Positions 18,518 through 28,755 of a stretch of DNA of 64,000 nucleotides are shown here, one piece after another. Each line of letters begins with the position of its first letter. The first letter of the stretch is position 1. The stretch spans positions 32,018 through 96,017 of the forward strand of contig JBAZGO010000010.1 of assembly GCA_041652995.1 (NCBI GenBank). The letters are read 5' to 3'. Source of the stretch: Prolixibacteraceae bacterium (GTDB lineage Bacteria > Bacteroidota > Bacteroidia > Bacteroidales > Prolixibacteraceae). The notes beneath the pieces were generated by a model. It was not told where the DNA came from. It did no database searches and was given only the letters and a program-made list of their open reading frames with translations. A program made the position numbers and the translations under genes.

Positions 18518-21500
18518 ATGAATAAAAACTATAAACAGTTTGTTGATAAGCTGAATTCGTACATCAGGAAATTTTACCTCTATCAGTTGATGAGGGGCTT
18601 AATCCTGTTTGTCCTCTTGATAATAGTCTATTTCAGCCTGATATCCACCTTGGAATACTTTAATTATTTCGATCCTAAAATTAAATTATCCATCGTTGGA
18701 TTTACTGTTTTACTTACACTTTTCATTTTTATTTATTTCCTTATCAGGCCTGCTTTGAAACTTTTGGGACTGGGAAAAAGGTTAAACTATTACGATGTTT
18801 CGGCACAGTTAAAACAAACTTATCCTGAAATAAAAGACAAGCTCATTAATGTAGTGGAACTTGAAAATGAAACAGATTCAATTTATTCCATTGAGTTGAA
18901 ACGGGCCAGCATTGATCAGAAAATTGAGGACCTTAAACTATTCAGGTTTACCGAAGCCATAAAATTTAAAGACCTGAAAATTGTTTTTGCCGCTTTTATT
19001 GGGGTACTGATATTGTTTGTAGCTGCCTTTTCTTTTTCTCCGGATTTATTTAAGGAAAGTTCAGTTCGTCTGGTACATTTTCAGGAGAGATTTGTGAAGC
19101 CTGCACCGTTTACCTTTCAGTTGGAAAATACCAAGCTTGAAATTGTGACCGGTGAATCGGTAGAATTAAAATTACATTGTTCAGGAAAGGAGATTCCTGA
19201 AATGATGTATTTGAATGTTAGCGGAAACAATTTTTTAATGACTAAATCTGATGACATTTATAAATATACACTTGAAAATGTAAATAGCTCGGTTTCGTTT
19301 TATTTTACCGATAAAAAATTTGTATCGGATGTTTATAAACTCACGGTTTTAAATAAACCGTTTATTTCGTCCTTCAGCGTTCAGGTACAACCTCCGCAGT
19401 ACACCAATCTGCCTGGCGAAACGCTTCAAAATATCGGAGATTTAAAAATCACTTCAGGAACAACTGTAAAATGGATTTTTAAAACTGTTGATACCGACAG
19501 CCTGAGTTTAATTTTAAGCGACAGCACAAAACTAGTAGGAGAGAGGAACGGAAACTTATTTGAAGTCGTTAAAACAATCTATACCGATGCTGAATATAGG
19601 GTTGCCATTCGTAATTCAAGACTTAAAGACGAAAATAACCTGGTTTATAAAATTCAAACCATATCCGATTTGTTTCCTGAAATAAAAGTGGTGCAGGTTG
19701 GCGATTCGGTTGACTTCCGTATTTTTCATTTTAAAGGAAATATTGTGGACGACTATGGTTTTCATCAGCTTGATTTTAATCTCAGTGCCGACGGAAAAGA
19801 TAGTGCCATTTCGGTTCCGTTTACTCCATTTCTCCTGAATCAGGATTTCTATTACACCTTCGATTTCGAATCGGTAAAGAGTTTAGGAAAGTCATTTAAG
19901 TATTATTTTTCGGTGTATGACAATGACTTTGTAAATCATTTTAAGCGGTCGATCAGTGAAACATTTACGTTTGCTTTTCCTGAATATAAAGATGTTTTGG
20001 CGAAAGAAAATTCAGATCAGAATACAATCGATCAGTTGTTTAAAAAGAGTTCTAAACTAACGGAAGAAATTCAGCAGGAGTTTAAGGATTTAAAGTTGAA
20101 GCAAATTAATTCTGAATTATCGGACTGGGAGAAATTTCAAACAGTGAAAGATATCATGAGTAAAAAGTCGGAACTTGAAAATACCTTGAATCAGATTAAA
20201 CAACAAAATAGGGATGTCACTAATTTTCTCAATTCTTTTTCTGATGAAAAAACTGATATTTTAAAAAAGCAGCAGCAAATAGATGAACTTCTGAAAGATG
20301 TTTTCAATGATGAACTGAAAAAACTTTTTGATGAGTTTAATGAATTGGCCAAGCAATTTGATCCGAAAAAATTCGATCAGTTGTCGAAACAAATGGACAC
20401 TGGGTTGGATGATCTTTCGAAACAACTGGATAAAAATTTGCAGTTGCTCAAGAAAATGAAAGTAGAGCAGAAGGTAGAACGTGTGCTGGATCAGTTGCAG
20501 AAGTTAGCCGAATCAGAAAAAGTAAATCTTGAAAAACTGGATAAAAAATCAGATTTGATTGGGATAAATAAAAATGAAAAGGAAAATGCCGACTTGCTAA
20601 ATAACCTCGAAAAAGATTATAATGGTGCATTAGAATTTAATAAGACACTGGAAAAACCTATGAATTTATTTCAGTTTGATAATGAATTTTCGACCATTAA
20701 AGAGAACTACTCAAAGGTTATAAACGATTCGGAAAAAGGAAACAAACGTAAAACTTCGTCAGGAATAGAAAACAATTCAAAAAGTCTTGACCAGCTTACT
20801 TTTGCGATGGATCAAATGCTTAAAAATACTAAGAGTAAGCAAAACAATGAGAATATCGAAGTTATTAAGCAAATACTTGATAATCTGATACTTGTTTCAT
20901 TTGATCAGGAAAAAATATTAAAAAAGTTTAATGTTGTGGATTACAATAATCCAGCAATTAATGAACTGAAAATCAAACAAATGAATTTAAGTAATCAGGT
21001 CGAGTTTGTAAGAGATTCGTTATATGCACTGGCTAAGCGAACTCCAGAAATCAGTTCAGTCATCAACAAGGAAATGCTTGGACTGGAAACCAGTGTTGGT
21101 TCTGCTTTTGATAATCTGGAATCGGGCAATTTGGGTGGTTCACGGATGTATCAGCAATATGGAATTACTGCAGCCAATAACCTTGCTCTATTTTTATCGG
21201 AGGCACTTGAAAGCCTGAAGGAACAGGAAAAAAATGCTATGCCTGGCGATGGTGATTGCGAAAAACCAGGTGGAAAGAATTCAAAGCCTGGGATGAAAAG
21301 TTTAAAGGAAAGTCAAAGTTCAATTAAGGAACAGTTGCAGCAAATGATTGATCAGATGAAAAAGGGTGATATGGGTAAATTAAGTAAAAGCATTGGTCAG
21401 ACTTTGGCACAGCAGGAAATTATGCAGCAACTGATTCGGGATATGCTAAATAGTGGATCCGTTGGTTCAAAAGCAAGCGATCAACTCAAAGCAATCGATC

Positions 21501-21802
21501 AGTTATTGGAACAATCGCGGAAGGATTTGATCAATAAAAATATCTCGAATGAATTAATTAGTCGTCAAAATTTGATTTTATCCAGATTATTGGATGCTGA
21601 AAAGGCGGAAATTGAGCGCGATATTGACGATAAAAGAGAATCAAAAACTGCTATCGATATAAAGAAAGAAAACCCTGAAAATTATTTCGAGTATAAGAAT
21701 AAACTCAAAAATGAGAATGAAATGATTAAGCGAAGCAATTTTAAATTGCGTAGTTTTTATGACCAGAAGTACAATAATTTTTTGAATCAGTTAAAGAACT
21801 AA
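18518..21802 (+). CDS. DUF4175-like large membrane-anchored coiled-coil protein
   Basis: N-terminal TM helices, Ig-like middle, long Q/E/K-rich coiled coil, C-terminal RLLDAEKAEIER; position upstream of ybeY-mnmG is typical of Bacteroidota. Confidence 0.75.
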   Translation: MNKNYKQFVDKLNSYIRKFYLYQLMRGLILFVLLIIVYFSLISTLEYFNYFDPKIKLSIVGFTVLLTLFIFIYFLIRPALKLLGLGKRLNYYDVSAQLKQTYPEIKDKLINVVELENETDSIYSIELKRASIDQKIEDLKLFRFTEAIKFKDLKIVFAAFIGVLILFVAAFSFSPDLFKESSVRLVHFQERFVKPAPFTFQLENTKLEIVTGESVELKLHCSGKEIPEMMYLNVSGNNFLMTKSDDIYKYTLENVNSSVSFYFTDKKFVSDVYKLTVLNKPFISSFSVQVQPPQYTNLPGETLQNIGDLKITSGTTVKWIFKTVDTDSLSLILSDSTKLVGERNGNLFEVVKTIYTDAEYRVAIRNSRLKDENNLVYKIQTISDLFPEIKVVQVGDSVDFRIFHFKGNIVDDYGFHQLDFNLSADGKDSAISVPFTPFLLNQDFYYTFDFESVKSLGKSFKYYFSVYDNDFVNHFKRSISETFTFAFPEYKDVLAKENSDQNTIDQLFKKSSKLTEEIQQEFKDLKLKQINSELSDWEKFQTVKDIMSKKSELENTLNQIKQQNRDVTNFLNSFSDEKTDILKKQQQIDELLKDVFNDELKKLFDEFNELAKQFDPKKFDQLSKQMDTGLDDLSKQLDKNLQLLKKMKVEQKVERVLDQLQKLAESEKVNLEKLDKKSDLIGINKNEKENADLLNNLEKDYNGALEFNKTLEKPMNLFQFDNEFSTIKENYSKVINDSEKGNKRKTSSGIENNSKSLDQLTFAMDQMLKNTKSKQNNENIEVIKQILDNLILVSFDQEKILKKFNVVDYNNPAINELKIKQMNLSNQVEFVRDSLYALAKRTPEISSVINKEMLGLETSVGSAFDNLESGNLGGSRMYQQYGITAANNLALFLSEALESLKEQEKNAMPGDGDCEKPGGKNSKPGMKSLKESQSSIKEQLQQMIDQMKKGDMGKLSKSIGQTLAQQEIMQQLIRDMLNSGSVGSKASDQLKAIDQLLEQSRKDLINKNISNELISRQNLILSRLLDAEKAEIERDIDDKRESKTAIDIKKENPENYFEYKNKLKNENEMIKRSNFKLRSFYDQKYNNFLNQLKN

Positions 21803-21804
21803 TT

Positions 21805-22206
21805 TTGCAGCGTGATTTAGTCATATCTTCAGATCTTGCCAATATAAATAAAGTGAGATTTTTTCTGGATCAGATTTTTGTCGAATCGGGTTTGGATAAG
21901 GGTTATTTTAATCGCGTACTATTGGGTTTGTGTGAAGCTGTGAATAATTCAATCGTGCACGGAAACAAGCTAAATGTTGATAAGCTGGTTCATATTCATA
22001 TCCTTGTTTTGGATAATAATTTATCCATTCAGATAATTGATGAGGGTAATGGTTTTGAGATTGATTGTATCAACGATCCTACCTGTTTTGAAAATATAAA
22101 AAAGGAGCACGGTCGTGGTATTTTTCTTATTCGTCAGATGGCAGATGACATCAGGTATTATGACGGGGGAAGAAAAGTTATGATTATATATAATTTAGAA
22201 AAATGA
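21805..22206 (+). CDS. RsbW-like anti-sigma factor / Ser kinase (HATPase_c_2)
   Basis: EAVNNSIVHGN (N box), IIDEGNGF (G1), HGRGIFLIRQMAD (G2); TTG start. Confidence 0.85.
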   Translation: MQRDLVISSDLANINKVRFFLDQIFVESGLDKGYFNRVLLGLCEAVNNSIVHGNKLNVDKLVHIHILVLDNNLSIQIIDEGNGFEIDCINDPTCFENIKKEHGRGIFLIRQMADDIRYYDGGRKVMIIYNLEK

Positions 22207-22628
22207 GTATAAATTATTTTGCTGAAGATATTTCTATTCCAAAAATAAAACGAAGATTGACTTCAGGATGGATTAAAAATACGATTGTTTCCGAGGGAAA
22301 ATTTCCGGGAGATATTTCATTTATTTTTTGTTCGGATGATTATTTATTGGATGTAAACCGCAAGTTTCTTCAGCACGATTATTTTACTGATATTATCACT
22401 TTTGACTATGTTGAGCATGGTCAGGTCAATGGCGATATTTTTATTAGTGTTGATCGGGTTAAAGAGAACGCTGGTATGTTTTCGAAGACTTTCGAAAATG
22501 AATTAAACCGTATTTTAATACATGGAATTCTTCATTTGTTAGGATATAAGGATAAGGAAAAGAGAGATAAGGAGTTGATGACTGAAAGGGAAGATTTCTA
22601 TCTTAATAGGTTGGACGAAATTAAATGA
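22203..22628 (+). CDS. ybeY: rRNA maturation RNase YbeY
   Basis: TDIITF, GDIFIS, HGILHLLGY.D zinc motif. Confidence 0.96.
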   Translation: MSINYFAEDISIPKIKRRLTSGWIKNTIVSEGKFPGDISFIFCSDDYLLDVNRKFLQHDYFTDIITFDYVEHGQVNGDIFISVDRVKENAGMFSKTFENELNRILIHGILHLLGYKDKEKRDKELMTEREDFYLNRLDEIK

Positions 22629-22641
22629 TTAAAGAGAAAAG

Positions 22642-24519
22642 ATGTTACCGTTTTACGATGTTATAGTAGTTGGAGGTGGTCATGCCGGGTGTGAAGCTGC
22701 CGCGGCGGCGGCAAATTTGGGTTCAAAAACATTGCTCATTACAATGGACATGACCAAATATGCACAAATGTCGTGTAATCCGGCGATGGGTGGAATTGCA
22801 AAAGGTCAGATTGTTCGTGAGATTGATGCTTTGGGTGGATTTTCAGGAATTGTAAGTGACAAGTCAAGTATTCAGTTTCGGATGTTAAATCAGTCAAAGG
22901 GACCCGCCATGTGGAGCCCAAGAGCACAAAATGACCGTGTTCGTTTTACCGAACTTTGGCGACATGTTTTGGAAAAAACAGATAACCTGGATTTGTGGCA
23001 GGATGCAGTTGTTTCTTTGCATTTTAAAGACAATGTGGTGACCGGAGTTCGCACAAAAATAGGAGTCGATTTTTATTCCAAATCTGTTGTCTTAACCAAT
23101 GGTACATTCCTGAATGGATTGATGCACATTGGAAAATCTCAGATGGAAGGTGGACGGATAGGAGAGAGTGCTTCATATCATATTTCTGATCAATTACTGA
23201 ATGTTGGTTTTAAAACCGGTCGTTTAAAGACCGGAACGCCAGTTCGGATTGATGGCAGGTCGATTGATTTTTCGAAATTGCAGGAGCAGAAAGGTGATGA
23301 AAATGTGCAAAAGTTTTCATTTCTTCCTGAAGTAAAATCAACTCTTAAGCAAAAAAGTTGCTGGATTACTTATACCAACGAAACAGTTCATTCGATTTTG
23401 GAGGAGGGTTTTGCTGATTCGCCGATGTATAATGGAACGATTGTTGGCACTGGTCCTCGGTATTGTCCAAGCATCGAATCTAAAATAGTCACCTTTGCCG
23501 AGCGGACTTCGCATCAGTTATTTTTAGAGCCTGAAGGCGAAGATACCATCGAATATTACCTGAATGGATTTTCTTCTTCTTTGCCGTGGGACGTTCAGTT
23601 ACGTGCCTTAAAAGAAGTACCGGGATTGGAAAATGTTCGCATTTTCAGGCCGGGATATGCTATAGAATACGACTATTTTGATCCAACTCAATTGAATCAT
23701 ACACTTGAAACCAAGCTTATCAGCAATCTTTATTTTGCTGGTCAGATTAATGGAACAACTGGTTATGAAGAAGCAGCTGCGCAAGGTATTATGGCAGGAA
23801 TAAATGCGCATCAAAAAGTACACGAAAAAGCACCTTTTGTACTCAGTCGTGATGAAGCTTATATTGGAGTTTTAATAGATGATTTAGTGACCAAAGGAGT
23901 CGACGAGCCATACCGAATGTTTACTTCAAGGGCGGAATACCGTATTTTGTTGCGTCAGGATAATGCTGATTTTCGGTTAACCCAAAAGTCATTCGAACTT
24001 GGATTGGCTGAAAAATTCAGATATGATTTGATGATTGAAAAGAAAAATTCAGTTGAATCTATTGTCGATTTTGTTTCAAATTTTTCAATTAAACCCCAGT
24101 TTATCGATCATATTCTGGAAAGAAAAGGCTCGGCTACTTTGAAACAAGGAGTCAAATTGGTCGACGTTATTTTGCGTCCGCAGATCTCAATTTTCGACTT
24201 GGTTGAAGAAATTACTCCGTTTAAAAATTTTCTGAAGGCGATTCCTCAGGAGAGATTTACTGAAATTTTGGAATCTGCTGAGATTGCTATAAAGTATGCT
24301 GGCTATATTGATCGTGAGAAATTGGTTGCAGATAAGTACCGGAGATTGGAGAATATTGTGATTTCCGGCAGATTTGATTATGGCAAAATTGCAACAATCA
24401 GTACTGAAGCGAGACAAAAACTTACTGAAATTCAGCCTGAAACAATTGGGCAAGCGAGTCGGATTTCCGGGGTAAGTCCGTCGGATATAAATGTGTTATT
24501 GGTTTTAATGGGTAGATAA
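22642..24519 (+). CDS. mnmG: tRNA uridine 5-carboxymethylaminomethyl modification enzyme MnmG (GidA)
   Basis: [62 protein letters not shown]. Confidence 0.98.
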   Translation: MLPFYDVIVVGGGHAGCEAAAAAANLGSKTLLITMDMTKYAQMSCNPAMGGIAKGQIVREIDALGGFSGIVSDKSSIQFRMLNQSKGPAMWSPRAQNDRVRFTELWRHVLEKTDNLDLWQDAVVSLHFKDNVVTGVRTKIGVDFYSKSVVLTNGTFLNGLMHIGKSQMEGGRIGESASYHISDQLLNVGFKTGRLKTGTPVRIDGRSIDFSKLQEQKGDENVQKFSFLPEVKSTLKQKSCWITYTNETVHSILEEGFADSPMYNGTIVGTGPRYCPSIESKIVTFAERTSHQLFLEPEGEDTIEYYLNGFSSSLPWDVQLRALKEVPGLENVRIFRPGYAIEYDYFDPTQLNHTLETKLISNLYFAGQINGTTGYEEAAAQGIMAGINAHQKVHEKAPFVLSRDEAYIGVLIDDLVTKGVDEPYRMFTSRAEYRILLRQDNADFRLTQKSFELGLAEKFRYDLMIEKKNSVESIVDFVSNFSIKPQFIDHILERKGSATLKQGVKLVDVILRPQISIFDLVEEITPFKNFLKAIPQERFTEILESAEIAIKYAGYIDREKLVADKYRRLENIVISGRFDYGKIATISTEARQKLTEIQPETIGQASRISGVSPSDINVLLVLMGR

Positions 24520-24535
24520 TGTTCCACGTGGAACT
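24520..24535. promoter_or_regulatory. parS centromere-like site
   Basis: TGTTCCACGTGGAACT, containing the perfect 14-bp palindrome GTTCCACGTGGAAC (24521-24534), immediately after the mnmG stop; matches the universal parS consensus. Confidence 0.85.
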
Positions 24536-24549
24536 CTTAAAATATATTT

Positions 24550-25068
24550 ATGGAGCTTAAAAATTTTGTAAGGACGATTGAAGATTATCCGATTGAAGGA
24601 ATCAGTTTTAAAGACATTACAACTTTGCTAAAAGACCCGGGAGCATTCAGGAATGTGGTTGATCAGATTTCGGAGTATTGCAATGGGAAGGGGATAACGA
24701 AAATTGTTTCGCTCGAATCACGTGGATTTATTGTTGGTGGGGCAGTGGCTTATTGTGTGAATGCAGGCTTTGTTCCGATCCGGAAAAAAGGAAAATTACC
24801 GGCTTCTGTAGTGACCGAATCGTATGAATTGGAGTACGGGGTTGACCAGATTGAAATGCATGTGGATGCCCTCAATGAAGATGATGTGGTGCTCATTCAC
24901 GATGATTTGCTGGCCACCGGAGGCACCGCTTTGGCTGCGCTAAATCTGGTAAAACAAATGAATGTGAAGAAAATTTATTTATCTTTTATTTGCGATCTGA
25001 CCTTTATTCAGACTGAGAAAAAGAAAGAACTGGCCGAATACGAAACTCAATCGCTCATAAAATATTAG
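24550..25068 (+). CDS. apt: Adenine phosphoribosyltransferase
   Basis: FKDITTLL, LESRGFI, RKKGKLP, YELEYG, DDLLATGGT. Confidence 0.96.
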   Translation: MELKNFVRTIEDYPIEGISFKDITTLLKDPGAFRNVVDQISEYCNGKGITKIVSLESRGFIVGGAVAYCVNAGFVPIRKKGKLPASVVTESYELEYGVDQIEMHVDALNEDDVVLIHDDLLATGGTALAALNLVKQMNVKKIYLSFICDLTFIQTEKKKELAEYETQSLIKY

Positions 25069-25094
25069 TTTAATTTGTCTTTTTCGCTTTCCAG

Positions 25095-26903
25095 ATGCCA
25101 CTAAAAAATGCTGAATATTTGCGTTCCCTGGTTTCCGTTCTTCCTGATCAACCTGGAATTTACCAGTATTTTGATTCAACCGGAAAGATAATTTACGTCG
25201 GAAAAGCAAAAAATCTGAAGAAACGGGTATATTCTTATTTCACAAAAAATCAGCAAAACCGCAAAACCGCATTACTGGTTCGGAGCATTGCCGACATTCG
25301 TCACATGGTTGTTGAGACCGAACAGGATGCCTTGCTGCTTGAAAATAACCTGATCAAAAAATACCAGCCGCGTTACAATATTCGCCTAAAAGATGACAAA
25401 ACTTATCCGTGGATTGTTATCAAAAACGAGCGTTTCCCAAAAGTTTTTCAAACCCGGAATGTAATTCGCGACGGATCGACTTACTTCGGTCCGTACACTT
25501 CGGTATTAACCGTTCGGTTATTGCTCGAACTTTTTAGAAAACTATTTAAACTGCGGAATTGTAAACTGAATTTGTCCGAAGAAAATATCAGGCAAAAGAA
25601 GTTTAAAGTTTGTCTTGAATATCATATCGGAAACTGTTTGGGGCCATGTGTGGGCAAGATGGCTCACGACGATTACATGAAAAATATTGATCAGATAAAG
25701 GAGATATTGAAGGGAAATATTTCAGGAGTCATCAAATATCTCAAGGATTTGATGCGTAAATATGCCGATGAAATGAAGTTCGAAGAGGCTGCTTCCATTA
25801 AGGAAAAGCTTGAATTGCTTGAAAAATTTCAATCGCGATCCACGGTAGTGAGCAATACAATCAGCGATGTTGATGTTTTCACAATTTCGCAGGACGAAGC
25901 TTTTGCCTATGTGAATTACCTGAAAATTATTCGTGGTGCCATTGTGCAAACCTACACCATGGAAATTAAAAAGGTACTTGATGAATCTTCCGATGAATTA
26001 TTGCAGTTTGCTCTGATTGAAATCCGGCAGAAAATCTTCAGCAATGCCAAAGAAATTCTCGTTCCGTTTAAACTCGATATTCATTTGGATGGTATAAAAT
26101 TTCAGGTTCCAAAGCAGGGCGACAAGAAAAAGTTGCTCGAACTTTCGGAGCGAAATGCAACGTATTACCGGCTCGAAAAGCAAAAAAACGAGGTTGTTTC
26201 GAGGACTGAAAAAAATATTTCCCGTATTTTGGAGACCATGCAAAAGGACCTTCAGTTGAAAGTTCAGCCGGTTCATATTGAATGTTTCGATAACAGTAAT
26301 TTGCAGGGAACATTTCCGGTTTCGTCGTGTGTGGTTTTCAGGAATGCAAAACCTGCGAAAAAAGATTACCGGCATTTTAATGTAAAAACGGTTGAAGGTC
26401 CGAACGATTTTGCTTCGATGGAGGAAGTTGTTTATCGGAGATATAGACGATTGCTTGATGAAGAAAAATCGTTGCCGCAGTTAATTATCATTGATGGAGG
26501 GAAAGGACAACTTGGAGCTGCGCTCGATGCTTTGGAAAAATTAAATCTTCGCGGAAAAATTGCAATCATCGGAATTGCTAAAAAGTTGGAGGAAATTTAT
26601 TTTCCGGGAGATTCGGTTCCGCTGTATCTCGATAAAAATTCGGAGACTTTGAAGATTATCCAGCAACTTCGTGACGAAGCTCACCGGTTCGGAATTACTT
26701 TTCACCGCAACAAGCGTTCGGGTGAATTTATTAAATCGGAGCTGGAAAATATTTCGGGGATAGGAGAGAAGTCGATAAAAGCACTTTTGACCCGATTTAA
26801 GAGCGTCGAGAATCTAAAAAATAGCGGGTACAAGGAGGTTGCTGACGAAATAGGCGATTCTAAAGCACGATTAATCTTCGATTTTTATAAGCTAAGTTAT
26901 TGA
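25095..26903 (+). CDS. uvrC: Excinuclease ABC subunit C
   Basis: GIY-YIG (PGIYQYFD...IYVGKAKNLKKRV), IECFDNSN, IIDGGKGQL, LRDEAHRF, HhH GIGEK. Confidence 0.98.
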   Translation: MPLKNAEYLRSLVSVLPDQPGIYQYFDSTGKIIYVGKAKNLKKRVYSYFTKNQQNRKTALLVRSIADIRHMVVETEQDALLLENNLIKKYQPRYNIRLKDDKTYPWIVIKNERFPKVFQTRNVIRDGSTYFGPYTSVLTVRLLLELFRKLFKLRNCKLNLSEENIRQKKFKVCLEYHIGNCLGPCVGKMAHDDYMKNIDQIKEILKGNISGVIKYLKDLMRKYADEMKFEEAASIKEKLELLEKFQSRSTVVSNTISDVDVFTISQDEAFAYVNYLKIIRGAIVQTYTMEIKKVLDESSDELLQFALIEIRQKIFSNAKEILVPFKLDIHLDGIKFQVPKQGDKKKLLELSERNATYYRLEKQKNEVVSRTEKNISRILETMQKDLQLKVQPVHIECFDNSNLQGTFPVSSCVVFRNAKPAKKDYRHFNVKTVEGPNDFASMEEVVYRRYRRLLDEEKSLPQLIIIDGGKGQLGAALDALEKLNLRGKIAIIGIAKKLEEIYFPGDSVPLYLDKNSETLKIIQQLRDEAHRFGITFHRNKRSGEFIKSELENISGIGEKSIKALLTRFKSVENLKNSGYKEVADEIGDSKARLIFDFYKLSY

Positions 26904-26967
26904 AATTAAACTTGTTTAAAGTTCTATTTTAGCTCATATTTTACACCAATTTTTGAATCCATCCAGA

Positions 26968-27912
26968 TTAATTTCTGTATTTTTCTTCACCTTCGAGCAA
27001 TCCGAGGTACGAAAAGTACCTGCTCTCGGCAATCAACCCTTTTTCGACCGATTTTTTTACCGCACAATTGGGTTCATGGGTATGGGTGCAATTGTAGTAT
27101 TGACATTCGTTCAGCAATCGGAACATTTCGGGAAAATAATGCGAAATTTCTTCTTTTTCCATTTCCAATACTCCGAACCCTTTTATGCCGGGAGTGTCGA
27201 TAATGTATCCACCAAAATCGAACTCGTACATTTCGGAATTGGTGGTGGTGTGTTTTCCTGAAAAGTGAGCTTCCGAAATTTCACCGGTTTTTATATTTAT
27301 ACATGGTTGAATGCAATTGATGATCGTTGACTTTCCCACTCCTGAATGGCCGGAAAAAACATTGGTTTTGTTTTGCATCATTTTCTTCAATTCATCCAGA
27401 CCGATATTTTGAGTGGCAGAAATTTTCAGACATTGGTAACCGGCCATTTCATAAATTCCAATCAGATCTTCCATTAATACTTTCTGCTTCTCGGCGTAAA
27501 GATCGGTTTTACTAAAAATCAGGTGGCACGGAATTCGGTAGGCTTCTGCTGAAACCAAAAATCGGTCGATAAAAGTAGTGGTGGTAACCGGAAACTTTAT
27601 GGTTACTACAAGGAAAGCCTGATCGATATTGGCGGCAATGATGTGCGATTCCTTTGATAAATTCGGTGATTTCCGGATAATGTAATTTGTTCGGGGAATT
27701 ATCTTGTGGATGAGACCAATGATTTGACTGCCAATCGCGTTATCTTCCTTTTTTTCCGTCAGTTCAACATGATCTCCAACTGCAATTGGATTGGTACTCC
27801 TGATGCCCGTTATTCTCAGATTTCCTTTAATCCTGCTTTCAATCAGATTTCCCTCTTCGGTTTTTACAGTGTACCAACTGCCTGTCGATTTGATGACAAT
27901 TCCTTTTTTCAA
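26968..27912 (-). CDS. rsgA: Ribosome small subunit-dependent GTPase A
   Basis: AANID, GHSGVGKST, GKHTT, IDTPG, C.YYNC.H.HEP.C zinc finger. Confidence 0.96.
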   Translation of the reverse strand: MKKGIVIKSTGSWYTVKTEEGNLIESRIKGNLRITGIRSTNPIAVGDHVELTEKKEDNAIGSQIIGLIHKIIPRTNYIIRKSPNLSKESHIIAANIDQAFLVVTIKFPVTTTTFIDRFLVSAEAYRIPCHLIFSKTDLYAEKQKVLMEDLIGIYEMAGYQCLKISATQNIGLDELKKMMQNKTNVFSGHSGVGKSTIINCIQPCINIKTGEISEAHFSGKHTTTNSEMYEFDFGGYIIDTPGIKGFGVLEMEKEEISHYFPEMFRLLNECQYYNCTHTHEPNCAVKKSVEKGLIAESRYFSYLGLLEGEEKYRN

Positions 27913-27986
27913 TGGATTCTTTTGCTTTAAATTTATTCCTTCTACCTTCGCAATTCGTTAATTGTGAACCAAAAGTAACAAAAATT

Positions 27987-28754
27987 GTGAAAAGGATTTT
28001 AAGTTATAACGTAAACGGGATCAGGTCGGCATTAAGTAAAGGCTTGCTCGATTTTCTGGCTCTGGAAAATCCCGATATCATTTGTTTTCAGGAAACAAAA
28101 GCTCAGCCCGGGCAAATGCAGGAGTCTGATTTTGAGGCATTGGGCTATCATTGCAATATCTTTTCGGCTGTTAAACCCGGATATAGCGGAGTTGCAATTT
28201 TCAGTAAGCAAAAGCCCGATGCGATTGTGAAGGGAATTAATGTTGGAAAATATGATGCCGAAGGTCGTGTTATGCGGGCTGATTTTGGCGATATTTCGGT
28301 GATTAACGCCTATTTTCCATCCGGAACTACGGGTGAAATAAGGCAAGCCGTTAAAATGGAATTTCTTACCGATTTTCATCAATACCTGAATGAATTAAGG
28401 AAAACCAGGAGAAAACTCATTATTTCTGGTGACTATAATATTTGCCGCCTGTGGATTGATATTCATAATCCTGAAAAACAGCAAAATACATCTGGATTTT
28501 TACCTGAAGAACGTGAATGGTTTGCCAATTTTGTGGCCGATGGGTATGTGGATAGCTTCAGGGAAATTAATCAGGAGCCACATCAGTATTCGTGGTGGAG
28601 TTATCGCGCGGGTGCCCGTAAGAATAATAAAGGGTGGCGGATTGATTACCATATCGTAACCAACGAATTGAAAGATAAAATTTTAGACGCGAGGATAATA
28701 CCTCATGCTGTTCATTCTGATCATTGCCCGGTTGTTGTAGATATTGATTTCTGA
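27987..28754 (+). CDS. xth: Exodeoxyribonuclease III
   Basis: SYNVNGIRS, CFQETKA, GYSGVA, EGRV, GDYNI, YSWWSYR, GWRIDY, SDHCP; GTG start 27987. Confidence 0.95.
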   Translation: MKRILSYNVNGIRSALSKGLLDFLALENPDIICFQETKAQPGQMQESDFEALGYHCNIFSAVKPGYSGVAIFSKQKPDAIVKGINVGKYDAEGRVMRADFGDISVINAYFPSGTTGEIRQAVKMEFLTDFHQYLNELRKTRRKLIISGDYNICRLWIDIHNPEKQQNTSGFLPEEREWFANFVADGYVDSFREINQEPHQYSWWSYRAGARKNNKGWRIDYHIVTNELKDKILDARIIPHAVHSDHCPVVVDIDF

Positions 28755-28755
28755 T

